Assembly: GCA_046485285.1 (NCBI GenBank)
Contig: JAWOHE010000045.1
Location: 1-45,529, forward strand
Length of the DNA: 45,529 nucleotides
Direction: 5' to 3'
Source of the DNA: a bacterium
Lineage (GTDB): Bacteria > Hydrothermota > Tepidihabitantia > Tepidihabitantales > Tepidihabitantaceae
The notes under the pieces are model-generated. The model saw only the letters and a program-made list of their open reading frames with translations. It had not been told where the DNA came from and did no database searches. Shown in pieces: positions 1 through 8,952 of the stretch. Numbering within the stretch: the first letter of the stretch is position 1; each line of letters begins with the position of its first letter. The position numbers and the translations under genes were made by a program.

Positions 1-470
<470 letters not shown>

Positions 471-500
471 GATTCAGTTTGCGTCTTCTCCTTATGTTTT

Positions 501-617
501 TCCCGGTGGTGATACCGGAGGGGCCACACCTCTTCCCATTCCGAACAGAGACGTTAAGCCCTCCTGGGCCGATGGTACTGCGCTGGTAACGGCGTGGGAG
601 AGTAGGACGCCGCCGGG
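501..617 (+). rRNA. rrf: 5S rRNA
   Basis: CCCATTCCGAACAGAGACGTTAAGC...GCCGATGGTACTGC...GGGAGAGTAGGACGCCGCCGGG; terminal helix pairs. Confidence 0.97.
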
Positions 618-642
618 TTTTTGTCGCCTGGACGATTTTCGC

Positions 643-672
643 TTGACATCACCTGCCGGGGGTTGTTACAAT
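643..672 (+). promoter_or_regulatory. sigma70-type promoter of the major pilin gene
   Basis: TTGACA (643-648), 18 nt, TACAAT (667-672) with an extended -10 TG; strong RBS AGGAGGT before ATG 802. Confidence 0.7.
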
Positions 673-801
673 CTTATCGAGCAGGGTGTCGCGCCGGCTC
701 GTGACTGGGTCGCGAGTGTCGCGGTCCGCCAGGCCCGCCGCGTGCATGACAGCCCGGCTCAAGGTCCGCAACTACTCTACAAAGAGAGGAGGTGAACCCC
801 T

Positions 802-1416
802 ATGAGAAATAAGGGATTCACTCTGATCGAACTGCTGGTGGTCATCCTGATCATCGGCATCCTGCTCGCCCTCATCATCCCGAACTTCGTGTTGTTCCAG
901 GAGCGCGCGCGCCGCGCTTCGGTCAAGAACAACATGCACGTCATCCAGACGGCACTCGAGGCCTACGCGGTTGACCACATGGGCAACTACCCCGGTGAGG
1001 AAATCGAATTCGACGACGAAGAGTCGATAATTCGCTGCTACTTCCCGGGCGGTGACCCGTTTGGCGAGGAAGGCGACCCGATCTTCGGCGAGTTGCCGAT
1101 CAACCCCTACACCGGCCGCCGCTACAACTACGACGACATGGACCTGGCCATGAATCTCGACGACATCGACGAGCCGGGTATGGCCGCGGCCAAGCGTACC
1201 GATGACGAGAACCACGACTGCCCGTATTATGAGCTCGAGCCGGAGGAGGAACTCCAGGGCTCGATCATGTACCTGGGCTACATCTCCGATATGAACCCGC
1301 TTGAGACGCCGCAGGAGTACGGGATCTGCGGGTGGGGCAAAGACCTGACCAACCCGATGTACGACCGCGACCCGGTCGAAGAGGACGAGTTCATCTACTT
1401 CGTCCTCCACAACTAG
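802..1416 (+). CDS. pilA: Type IV prepilin, probable major pilin; very acidic
   Basis: MRNKG|FTLIELLVV class III signal with E5 and P22; own promoter, strong RBS, downstream hairpin and strongly biased codons are typical of a major pilin. Confidence 0.85.
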   Translation: MRNKGFTLIELLVVILIIGILLALIIPNFVLFQERARRASVKNNMHVIQTALEAYAVDHMGNYPGEEIEFDDEESIIRCYFPGGDPFGEEGDPIFGELPINPYTGRRYNYDDMDLAMNLDDIDEPGMAAAKRTDDENHDCPYYELEPEEELQGSIMYLGYISDMNPLETPQEYGICGWGKDLTNPMYDRDPVEEDEFIYFVLHN

Positions 1417-1450
1417 CGCGAGCGACATCGGAACTCAGGAAGAGTAAAGC

Positions 1451-1482
1451 AGGGCGGGGCCTCTCCGGCCCCGCCCTCTTGT
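1451..1482 (+). terminator. Intrinsic terminator / stabilising hairpin after the pilin gene
   Basis: AGGGCGGGGCC-tctcc-GGCCCCGCCCT followed by CTTGT (weak U tract). Confidence 0.65.
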
Positions 1483-1497
1483 CGCGCCAGCCGCGCC

Positions 1498-1525
1498 TTG
1501 ACAGGTATGGTCGGACTCATATAAT
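1498..1525 (+). promoter_or_regulatory. Consensus sigma70 promoter, near-leaderless for the ABC ATPase
   Basis: TTGACA, 16 nt, TATAAT; ATG 9 nt downstream with no SD. Confidence 0.7.
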
Positions 1526-1534
1526 CGCACGGCG

Positions 1535-2485
1535 ATGTCAACTCAGCCAGCGCCGGTCGTCGTCACCCGCCGCCTGAACCGGTTCTACCGTTCGGGATTC
1601 CGGGCGAAGCGGGTTCACGCCCTGGTCGACATCGACCTCGAGATCGAGCCCGGGGAGGTCTTCGGGTTTCTCGGGCCGAACGGCGCCGGCAAGACCTCAC
1701 TGATCAAGATCCTGATGGGCCTCTCGCGCCCGAGCTCGGGTGAGGTCACGGTCTTCGGCCGGTTGCCGCAGGATGCCGCCTCGAAGGCCCGCATCGGCTT
1801 CCTGCCCGAGTCACCCTACTTCTACGAGTACCTGACCGCCCGCGAGTTCCTCAGGCTCGCTGCCCGGCTGACCGGCGCCCCGGACGGCGAGGTCGAGGCC
1901 CGGAGCGCCAGCCTGCTGCGGCTGGTCGGGATGGAGGAGGCGGCTGACCACCAGATGCGCGGGTACTCGCGTGGCATGCTCCAGCGGATAGGCATCGCCC
2001 AGGCCCTGATCGGGGACCCGGAGTTCGTCGTGCTCGACGAGCCGATGGGCGGGCTCGACCCGGTCGGCCGCAAGGAGTTCCGGGATATCATCTTCAACCT
2101 GCGCGAGCGGGGGAAGACGGTGTTCTTCTCGACCCACATCCTCTCCGACGTCGAGATGATCTGTGACCGGGTCGGGATAATAATCGCCGGCCGGCTGGCC
2201 AACGTCGGACGGCTGAGCGAGATCCTGTCCGACGAAGTCGAGTCGTTCGAGATCACGGTCACCGGGGTGACCGGCAAGTTCCGGAAGGCGTTCGAGCGGG
2301 TCGGCCGGCAGGCGATCCGGTCCGACGACTCGGTGCTGGTGACGGTTCGCGACCAGGACGAGGTGGACAAAGTCCTGGCCATTGCCCGCGAGGCAGGGGC
2401 GCGGGTTCACGCGCTCGTGCCCCGGCGCAAGACGCTCGAGGACCACTTCATGCAGTACGTGCGCCGGAAGGACGAAGCCCGATGA
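1535..2485 (+). CDS. ABC transporter ATP-binding protein (PilH/XapD-like)
   Basis: Walker A GPNGAGKT, signature YSRGMLQR, Walker B VVLDEP, H-loop STH; located next to the pilin. Confidence 0.92.
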   Translation: MSTQPAPVVVTRRLNRFYRSGFRAKRVHALVDIDLEIEPGEVFGFLGPNGAGKTSLIKILMGLSRPSSGEVTVFGRLPQDAASKARIGFLPESPYFYEYLTAREFLRLAARLTGAPDGEVEARSASLLRLVGMEEAADHQMRGYSRGMLQRIGIAQALIGDPEFVVLDEPMGGLDPVGRKEFRDIIFNLRERGKTVFFSTHILSDVEMICDRVGIIIAGRLANVGRLSEILSDEVESFEITVTGVTGKFRKAFERVGRQAIRSDDSVLVTVRDQDEVDKVLAIAREAGARVHALVPRRKTLEDHFMQYVRRKDEAR

Positions 2486-3249
2486 CCGGCCGCATCCGGG
2501 CAATCGCGGTCAACACCTTCCGCGAGGCGATCCGCGACAAGATCTTCCTCACCCTGCTCGTCTTTGCCGGGCTGGTAATGGCGAGCGCGAAGGTCATTCA
2601 GCCGCTGGCGCTCGGCGAGGAGGCCAAGGTCGTTCAGGACCTCGGCCTCGCCGCGCTGACGCTGTTCTGCGTCCTCATTGCAGTCCTCGTCGGCGGCCGA
2701 CTCGTGTACAAGGAGATCGAGAAACGGACTGTCTACATCGTGCTTGCCAAGCCGGTCCGGCGCTGGGAGTTCATCGTCGGGAAGTACTGCGGCCTGATGG
2801 CGGTGCTCCTGGTCTCGGTCGCAGTGATGGCGGTCGGGTTCTACCTGATCCTGCTCGTGACCGGCGTGCCGCTCTCGGCCTACCCGCTGGTGGCGATGGT
2901 CATGACGGTCTTCGAGCTGAGTATTCTGACCGCGGTGGCGATTCTCTTCTCGACGTTCGTGACGCCGATTGCCAGCGCGGTCTTCACCCTCGCGGTCTAC
3001 TTCCTCGGCCACATGACGCGGGACCTGCGGTTGCTCGCGGCGATGAGTCCGTCACCGCTGGTCAAGGCGGTGAGCCAGTTCCTCTACTACGTCCTGCCGA
3101 ACCTCAACAACTTCAACGTCCGGGGGGAGGTCGTTCACAATGTCCTGCTGGACCCGGGTGCGCTTGCGCTGACGGCGGTCTACGGGCTGGCGTACTCCGC
3201 GACGCTCCTGCTCGTCGCGGTGCTCCTGTTCAGCCGCCGGGATTTCTAG
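2482..3249 (+). CDS. ABC-2 type permease (PilI/XapB-C-like)
   Basis: About 6 TM segments; IAxNTFREAIRDK start, EIEKRT..LAKPV.R.EF..GKY motif and RRDF end; ATGA overlap with the ATPase. Confidence 0.9.
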   Translation: MTGRIRAIAVNTFREAIRDKIFLTLLVFAGLVMASAKVIQPLALGEEAKVVQDLGLAALTLFCVLIAVLVGGRLVYKEIEKRTVYIVLAKPVRRWEFIVGKYCGLMAVLLVSVAVMAVGFYLILLVTGVPLSAYPLVAMVMTVFELSILTAVAILFSTFVTPIASAVFTLAVYFLGHMTRDLRLLAAMSPSPLVKAVSQFLYYVLPNLNNFNVRGEVVHNVLLDPGALALTAVYGLAYSATLLLVAVLLFSRRDF

Positions 3250-3250
3250 C

Positions 3251-4147
3251 TTGCTGAAGGAGATCACCGCCCCTTCCTCCGGGCCGGTGCGCCCTGGGTC
3301 GCTTGCCCAGTTTCTGCCGGCGGTGCTGGTGGTTTGGGGCTTCGTGGCGGTGTACCTGCTCCAGCTCGGTATCGACTCAGGCGTGCGCGGCCGGCAGCAC
3401 GAACGGGCGGTCGAGGAGATGATGTACTTCCCGTCGGGCCGGTTCATGCGCCAAGCGTCGATTGAGTACGAGATGCTGGCGTCCGACTTGGTCTGGCTGA
3501 GGGCCGTCCAGTATTACGGTCATCACCTGATGACCGACCGGAAGTACGAGTGGCTGGGGCACGTCTTCGAGATCCTCACCGCGCTCGACCACCGGTTCAT
3601 CGGGGCCTACCACTTCGGGGCGTTCACGCTGGCCTGGGACGCGCGAAAGCCGGACGAGGCGATCCAGCTGCTGGTCAGGGGGATGAAGCAAAACCCGACC
3701 AGCTGGCAGCTTGCCTTCGATGCCGGTTTCATCAGCTACCTGTTGCTGAAGGACTACGAGGCGGCCGGGCGTTACTTCGCAATCGCCGCTGAACTGCCCG
3801 GCTCGTGGCACGTCGCCCGGCGCTGGGCCGCGGCGGCGGCGGCCCGGGCCGGGAGTTACGACGCCGCCCGCGATATGTGGCTTGAGATTTACCGCAGCAC
3901 CGACAACCGCCGGATCAGGGAGCTGGTCGTGCGCCAGTTGCGGTTGCTGCGGCTGAACGAAGACCTAGCCCGGCTCCAGGAGGCGGTCGACCGATTCCGG
4001 GAGGACTACGGCAGGCTCCCCGGCGGGCTCGATGAGCTCGTTCGTGCCGGGCTTGTCCTCGCACTGCCCGAGGAGCCTTACGGCGGGCGGTACTTCCTCG
4101 ACGGCGGCGAGGTCCGGAGTTCGACGCCCTCCCGGCTGCGGGAGTGA
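3251..4147 (+). CDS. Membrane-anchored TPR-like protein with C-terminal GspG/pilin-like module (PilG/XapA-like)
   Basis: N-terminal TM, SDLVWLRAVQYYG, TPR-like helices, C-terminal FREDYGRLPGGLDELV...PEEPYGGRY. The TTG start is uncertain. Confidence 0.75.
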   Translation: MLKEITAPSSGPVRPGSLAQFLPAVLVVWGFVAVYLLQLGIDSGVRGRQHERAVEEMMYFPSGRFMRQASIEYEMLASDLVWLRAVQYYGHHLMTDRKYEWLGHVFEILTALDHRFIGAYHFGAFTLAWDARKPDEAIQLLVRGMKQNPTSWQLAFDAGFISYLLLKDYEAAGRYFAIAAELPGSWHVARRWAAAAAARAGSYDAARDMWLEIYRSTDNRRIRELVVRQLRLLRLNEDLARLQEAVDRFREDYGRLPGGLDELVRAGLVLALPEEPYGGRYFLDGGEVRSSTPSRLRE

Positions 4148-4167
4148 CGGCTGGTATGGCGCAGTGC

Positions 4168-4196
4168 TTGACATTGAGGTCGGGGTGGCGTATAAC
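4168..4196 (+). promoter_or_regulatory. sigma70-type promoter of the second pilin gene
   Basis: TTGACA, 17 nt, TATAAC; AAGGAG RBS at 4203-4208. Confidence 0.6.
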
Positions 4197-4219
4197 TAAT
4201 GCAAGGAGAACTTAATAAG

Positions 4220-4753
4220 ATGCGCAGTCACCGAGGATTCACCTTGGTCGAGTTACTGGTCGTCCTCCTGATAATCGGGACGCTGATGGCGATGATCACA
4301 CCGAACCTCAGGGGCGCCCGCGAGCAGGCGCGCCAGGCCGCCCTCAAGATGAACTGCCATAACGTCCAGGTCATCATCGAGGCGTTCCATATGGAGCAGG
4401 GCTATTACGCCGATGGCTTCTACGATGACGAGTACGGCGCCTATTTCCCTGGCGGCGTCTGGAACGAGCAGATTGGCCGGTTGCCATCGAATCCCTACAC
4501 CGGCCGCGAGATGGATCCGGACGATTTTGACAGCGAGGACTATGATAACGACGGAGACAACGCCCTCACCGTCGAGGGCGGCCCGAATGATATCTACGGG
4601 TATGATCGGGGACAGATCATATACCTGGTCTACGACCCGCCCGGGACGCTCGCCCCAACTCAGTACGGACTGGTCGGTATCCAGTCGGCAGGCATCTCAC
4701 TGCGCTCGTTCGATGCTGAGGGCGATATCGCGATTTTTGTGCTCCACAACTGA
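4220..4753 (+). CDS. Type IV prepilin, paralog of 802-1416
   Basis: MRSHRG|FTLVELLVV; shares YFPGG, LPxNPYTGR and C-terminal FVLHN with the first pilin. Start moved to the ATG after the RBS. Confidence 0.88.
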   Translation: MRSHRGFTLVELLVVLLIIGTLMAMITPNLRGAREQARQAALKMNCHNVQVIIEAFHMEQGYYADGFYDDEYGAYFPGGVWNEQIGRLPSNPYTGREMDPDDFDSEDYDNDGDNALTVEGGPNDIYGYDRGQIIYLVYDPPGTLAPTQYGLVGIQSAGISLRSFDAEGDIAIFVLHN

Positions 4754-4777
4754 GACGATATGACTCGGCTTAGGTGC

Positions 4778-4806
4778 TTGACACCGCGGCGGCGGGAACA
4801 TAGAAT
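4778..4806 (+). promoter_or_regulatory. sigma70 promoter, leaderless for the minor-pilin operon
   Basis: TTGACA, 17 nt, TAGAAT; ATG exactly 7 nt downstream with no SD. Confidence 0.72.
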
Positions 4807-4813
4807 CTGGGCT

Positions 4814-5356
4814 ATGGAATCGACCAACGGCCGAAACCATGGGTGGACGCTGGTCGAACTCCTTCTTGTCATCTCGATCATCGGCATCCTGATTGCCTTT
4901 TTCGTTCCGCCGATCGTGAGCCGGATCACGAACCGGGCGCGCGTCATTGCGACCCTCCAGGAGATGCAGGTCCTGCGTGAGGCAATCGTCGGCAACCCGG
5001 ATGTCAGTCAGGGCGGCGAGTTCATCTCGACCGGGTTCAAGGGCGACGTCGGCCGCCTGCCCCGCCACCTAATTGAGCTTGCCACCCATGATCCGTTCGC
5101 CGGCATATACGGCCAGGTCCAGTATGTCGGCAAGGAAACCCTGCCGGGTTGGAACCCGTACAGCCGGCGAGGGTGGAACGGCCCCTATGTCCGTGAGGAT
5201 GGGAACCTTGGCTACATCGACGATGTCTGGGGAGTGCCCTACCGTTACCTGCTGGAGAACGGTGACACCGTCGGGCTTCAGAGCGCGGGGCCGGACGGGC
5301 TTTTCTTCGGGCAGCCAGGTGCTATCAGCGACGACGACGTGAGAGTCAGGTTCTAA
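4814..5356 (+). CDS. Minor pilin / pseudopilin with GspG-like globular domain
   Basis: G|WTLVELLLV; GDVGRLP..L, WNGPY, DVWGVPYRY and SAGPDG motifs typical of the T2SS G domain. Confidence 0.85.
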   Translation: MESTNGRNHGWTLVELLLVISIIGILIAFFVPPIVSRITNRARVIATLQEMQVLREAIVGNPDVSQGGEFISTGFKGDVGRLPRHLIELATHDPFAGIYGQVQYVGKETLPGWNPYSRRGWNGPYVREDGNLGYIDDVWGVPYRYLLENGDTVGLQSAGPDGLFFGQPGAISDDDVRVRF

Positions 5357-5359
5357 CAC

Positions 5360-6175
5360 ATGCGCCGGATTGCATCACGCGGGGTGACCCTCCTTGAGTT
5401 GCTGGTCGTGATGATGATCCTGAGCCTTATCCTGACCGCCGCGGTGAAGACCTGGGATGTCACGCTGGAGCGCGGTCGCTTCGAGACGACGCGGCGCAAG
5501 CTGAATCAGCTGTCCTCCGTCATCGTTGGCGACCCGGACTACGTTGTCAGCGGGAACCGGGTGGATTTCGGTTACGTCGGCGATATGGGCGACCTGCCCG
5601 AGACACTGGATGACCTAGTGCGACCGCCGATCGGAGTCCCGGATACGGGGACCTGGCGCGGGCCATACCTGCGCGCGACCTTCAACGAGGCGCCTGAGGG
5701 CTACCGCACAGACGGTTGGGGCGATACGATCATCTACAGCCGCGAGAGCCTGTTTGTCAGGAGTCATGGCGGTCGTGGGCTGGCGGACCGAAGCCGTTGG
5801 CTGACTAGGATGTTCGGCTATTCACATGACCAGTTGCTGGCCAACGTCGTGTCGGGCCGTGTGCTTGACGTCCGCGGCACACCACCTGACGATACGCTCT
5901 GGCGAACGCGACCGGGCTACTTCAGGGTTTGGCTGCGCCGGCCCCTGCGTGGTCTGCTGCAGGACAATGTGCTTGAATTCCAGGCCCGCGAGACGAACGG
6001 TCAATTCACGTTCCTGGGTATTCCGCAGGGCAACCAGGCTGAGCTGTTCGTCCGCTACTATGTCGTCGGGCCGCCGCTTGATTCCGTGGAGGCGCGGAAG
6101 ACGGTCGTCGTGTACCCGGGGACCGGTGCCCGCGACATCCAAGTCCGGCTGAACGTCGACTGGAGTGCGCAGTAG
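5360..6175 (+). CDS. Minor pilin, GspG-like domain plus C-terminal Ig/transthyretin-like domain
   Basis: RG|VTLLELLVV; GDMGDLP, WRGPY, DGWG; then VSGRVLD...NGQFTFLGIPQG. Confidence 0.85.
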   Translation: MRRIASRGVTLLELLVVMMILSLILTAAVKTWDVTLERGRFETTRRKLNQLSSVIVGDPDYVVSGNRVDFGYVGDMGDLPETLDDLVRPPIGVPDTGTWRGPYLRATFNEAPEGYRTDGWGDTIIYSRESLFVRSHGGRGLADRSRWLTRMFGYSHDQLLANVVSGRVLDVRGTPPDDTLWRTRPGYFRVWLRRPLRGLLQDNVLEFQARETNGQFTFLGIPQGNQAELFVRYYVVGPPLDSVEARKTVVVYPGTGARDIQVRLNVDWSAQ

Positions 6176-6183
6176 GAGTGGGC

Positions 6184-7311
6184 ATGAAGTTGTGCGCGGG
6201 ATTCACCCTGATGGAACTGCTGGTGGTTCTGCTCATCATCGGTGTGCTGAGCACGGTGGCGGTCCGGACCATCGACGCCACCCGCGGCCGGGCGCTGTTC
6301 GACCAGACCGCGGCCGAGATGCAGGACCTCGTCCAGGCGGTTGTCGGCGACCCCAACCGCATCATCGACGGCCGCCGGAACGACTTCGGGTTCTACGGTG
6401 ACCTCGGCCGCCTGCCGACGGACCTGCGCGAGTTGACCGAGAGTACCGACCCGCGCTGGAGGGGACCCTATCTCCGGCGCGAGTTCCTCGGCGACAGCAC
6501 CGGCTACCTGTTTGATGCGTGGGGCAACCCGTACACCTATGACGCCACGACCGGCGTCATTTCGACCATAGGCGACGGCAAGTACCCGATGACGGTCAGG
6601 GTAATTGACTCGATGCCCCAGTTGACCGACAACTCCGTTCTCGGCTCGGTCGCGGATGCCGACAACAACCCACCGGGGGATGCTAGCGTGACGCTCGTTC
6701 TCCGGCTCAGCAGCGGGCTCGCGCCGACCACCCCGACCGACCGGGGCGGTTACTACCGGTTCGATGGGGTCCCGATCGGTACCCACCGGCTGGTTGCATA
6801 CTATCAAGCTCTTGACGACTCGATTAGCCGGTGGGTTTCGGTCGCGCCGCGGACACGCAATGTCGTGGACTTCCGGTTTAGCCGGCCCTTTCGCAATTTC
6901 CTGCGGATGGTGGGTTCGGCCGAGCCGACGGCCGATGCAGCTGGCTTCCTCGTCACGATTGTCAACACGACGACTACTCCAATCGAGCTTCGAGACGCGA
7001 CCTTCGTCGACGCGCCCGACTCGGCCTTCTTTCGGGCGCTTACCTGGGATGGCACGATGATGCCCGGCTACCCGCTTACCCCCCCGACCCCGGGCTACGG
7101 CCACGGGCAGACTATGCCGGTGAACTACCTCAACCCGAGCGAGGGCCGGCCGATTGAGGGCGAGATGACTCAAACGGTGACACTGGGCTTCCGCGAGGCG
7201 CGGAAGGACTCATTCGGCTTGGGCGACACGGCGAACATCAGCGGCGGGGCTTTCCGTTTGAGGTTCAACGATGGTTCGGAGATCAGCTTCACCTTGCCCG
7301 TCAGCCCTTGA
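6184..7311 (+). CDS. Large minor pilin, GspG-like domain plus carboxypeptidase-regulatory-like and further beta domain
   Basis: AG|FTLMELLVV; GDLGRLP, WRGPY, DAWGNPY; GSVAD...TDRGGYYRFDGVPIGTH; AGGAG precedes ATG 6184. Confidence 0.85.
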   Translation: MKLCAGFTLMELLVVLLIIGVLSTVAVRTIDATRGRALFDQTAAEMQDLVQAVVGDPNRIIDGRRNDFGFYGDLGRLPTDLRELTESTDPRWRGPYLRREFLGDSTGYLFDAWGNPYTYDATTGVISTIGDGKYPMTVRVIDSMPQLTDNSVLGSVADADNNPPGDASVTLVLRLSSGLAPTTPTDRGGYYRFDGVPIGTHRLVAYYQALDDSISRWVSVAPRTRNVVDFRFSRPFRNFLRMVGSAEPTADAAGFLVTIVNTTTTPIELRDATFVDAPDSAFFRALTWDGTMMPGYPLTPPTPGYGHGQTMPVNYLNPSEGRPIEGEMTQTVTLGFREARKDSFGLGDTANISGGAFRLRFNDGSEISFTLPVSP

Positions 7312-7332
7312 CGATGGACATAAGGAGGAGTA

Positions 7333-8949
7333 TTGGCAGGCAGCGCGTTCGGAAACTTGCTCAGGGGTGCCGGCAGGGGCACCCTCTGCATTGATATAGG
7401 GTCGAACTCGGTCAAGTTCGTCAAGATGGAGGCCGGCCGGGTCACGGATTACGGCCTAAAGGAGATCGGCGAGGCTTTCGACGTGCCGTCGATTCTCCGT
7501 GAGCTGATAAAGGACTACAAGCCGAAGGAAGTCTTCAGCTTCGTCTCGGGGCCGTCAGTGAGCGTGCGCCAGGCACCTTTCCCGAAAATGAACCGGCGGG
7601 AACTCAAGGATGCGATCATGCTGCGTCTGGAGAAGTACTCGCCGTTCACGCTCGACGAGGCGACCTTGGACTTCAAGACCTTGGGACCGGTCCGCGAGGC
7701 GGGTGCGATCAAGGACAATGTCATGGTCGTGGCGGCGCGCAAGGACGTTGTCTCCGACCACATCTCGACGTTGAAGAAGGCCGGGCTGGAGCCGACGGCG
7801 ATCAGCGTGATACCGTTTGCACTCCAAGCGGCGGTCAAGAAGTTCGCTGGAGTGCGCCCGGACGAGAACATCTGCCTGCTCGACATCGGCGCTGAGTTCA
7901 CTGATATCGTCTTCATGAAGGGTGAACGGCTGGATCTGGCACGGGCTATCACAACTGCGGGTAATGCGATCACCGAGGCAATGACGGTCGCGATTACCAC
8001 CGAGGAGGGCCAGCTCGCTCTTGACGCCTACGACGCCGAGAAGTTCAAGCGGCAGTACGGCATCCCGGACGAGGAGAGCGCCGACAAGCTGTCCTCAGGA
8101 ATCATGGTCAAGCGGCTGGCTACTCTTCAACGGCCGGCGCTCGAGCGTTTCGTAGCCGAGATCAATCGTTCGATTGACTACTACCGTCGGGAGTACGGAG
8201 AGTCGAAGATCGACCGTTTGCTGATTTGCGGCGGTACGGCCGCGATGGGTGGCATCGCAGAGTACATCCAAGCCAACCTCGGCATCCCGACCGAGCTCTT
8301 CGATCCTTTCCGTACCGGCGGCCTCTACCGGGAAGGTGTCAGACCCGAGGACCAGTTCGGGTTCCGACTGGTGACCGCACTGGGTCTGCTTTACGACCAC
8401 GCCTCGGTCGACCTGCTGCCGGGAGAGATGCGGACCGGCAAGTCGCAGTCGAAGGACCTGCAGATCGCCGTCGTCATCGGCGTGCTCTGGGTCGCGCTGC
8501 TACTGGTCGTCTACATCATCATGGCCGGTGCTGCCGCTGCCCAGGCGCGGCAGGTAACACGGCTGGACAAGGAGTTGTCCTCCCTCAAGGAGGAGGGCCG
8601 GGAGTACTTCGTGCTCGAGAATAAGGTCGCGGACCTCGAAGCGAAGCAGAAGGTACTGACCGGGATCGTCGGTGACCGGCCGGTCACGGTGCCGTTGATG
8701 GCGAGGCTGACCCAGGTCGTTCCGGGCAACGTCCAGCTCAACACCTTCGCACTTTCGGGGCAGAGGGACATGAAGATGACCGGGGTTGTCTCGGGAGAGG
8801 CGCAGTTTCTTGACGTGGAACTCTCTCAGTTCATGATCGACCTTGAGCGTGACAAGCTGTTCAAGGCCGTCAAGCTTGTGAGCAAGAACCGGACGTCGCT
8901 TCAGGGAGAGACTGTGCTCGAGTTCGAAGTGCAGTCGGGGATGGAGTGA
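7333..8949 (+). CDS. pilM: PilM-PilN fusion protein
   Basis: Actin-like motifs IDIGSNSVK, LLDIGA and LLICGG, then VDLLP (PilN INLLP-like), a TM, a coiled coil and a PilN-like ferredoxin fold; TTG start after AAGGAGG. Confidence 0.88.
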   Translation: MAGSAFGNLLRGAGRGTLCIDIGSNSVKFVKMEAGRVTDYGLKEIGEAFDVPSILRELIKDYKPKEVFSFVSGPSVSVRQAPFPKMNRRELKDAIMLRLEKYSPFTLDEATLDFKTLGPVREAGAIKDNVMVVAARKDVVSDHISTLKKAGLEPTAISVIPFALQAAVKKFAGVRPDENICLLDIGAEFTDIVFMKGERLDLARAITTAGNAITEAMTVAITTEEGQLALDAYDAEKFKRQYGIPDEESADKLSSGIMVKRLATLQRPALERFVAEINRSIDYYRREYGESKIDRLLICGGTAAMGGIAEYIQANLGIPTELFDPFRTGGLYREGVRPEDQFGFRLVTALGLLYDHASVDLLPGEMRTGKSQSKDLQIAVVIGVLWVALLLVVYIIMAGAAAAQARQVTRLDKELSSLKEEGREYFVLENKVADLEAKQKVLTGIVGDRPVTVPLMARLTQVVPGNVQLNTFALSGQRDMKMTGVVSGEAQFLDVELSQFMIDLERDKLFKAVKLVSKNRTSLQGETVLEFEVQSGME

Positions 8950-8952
8950 GAA

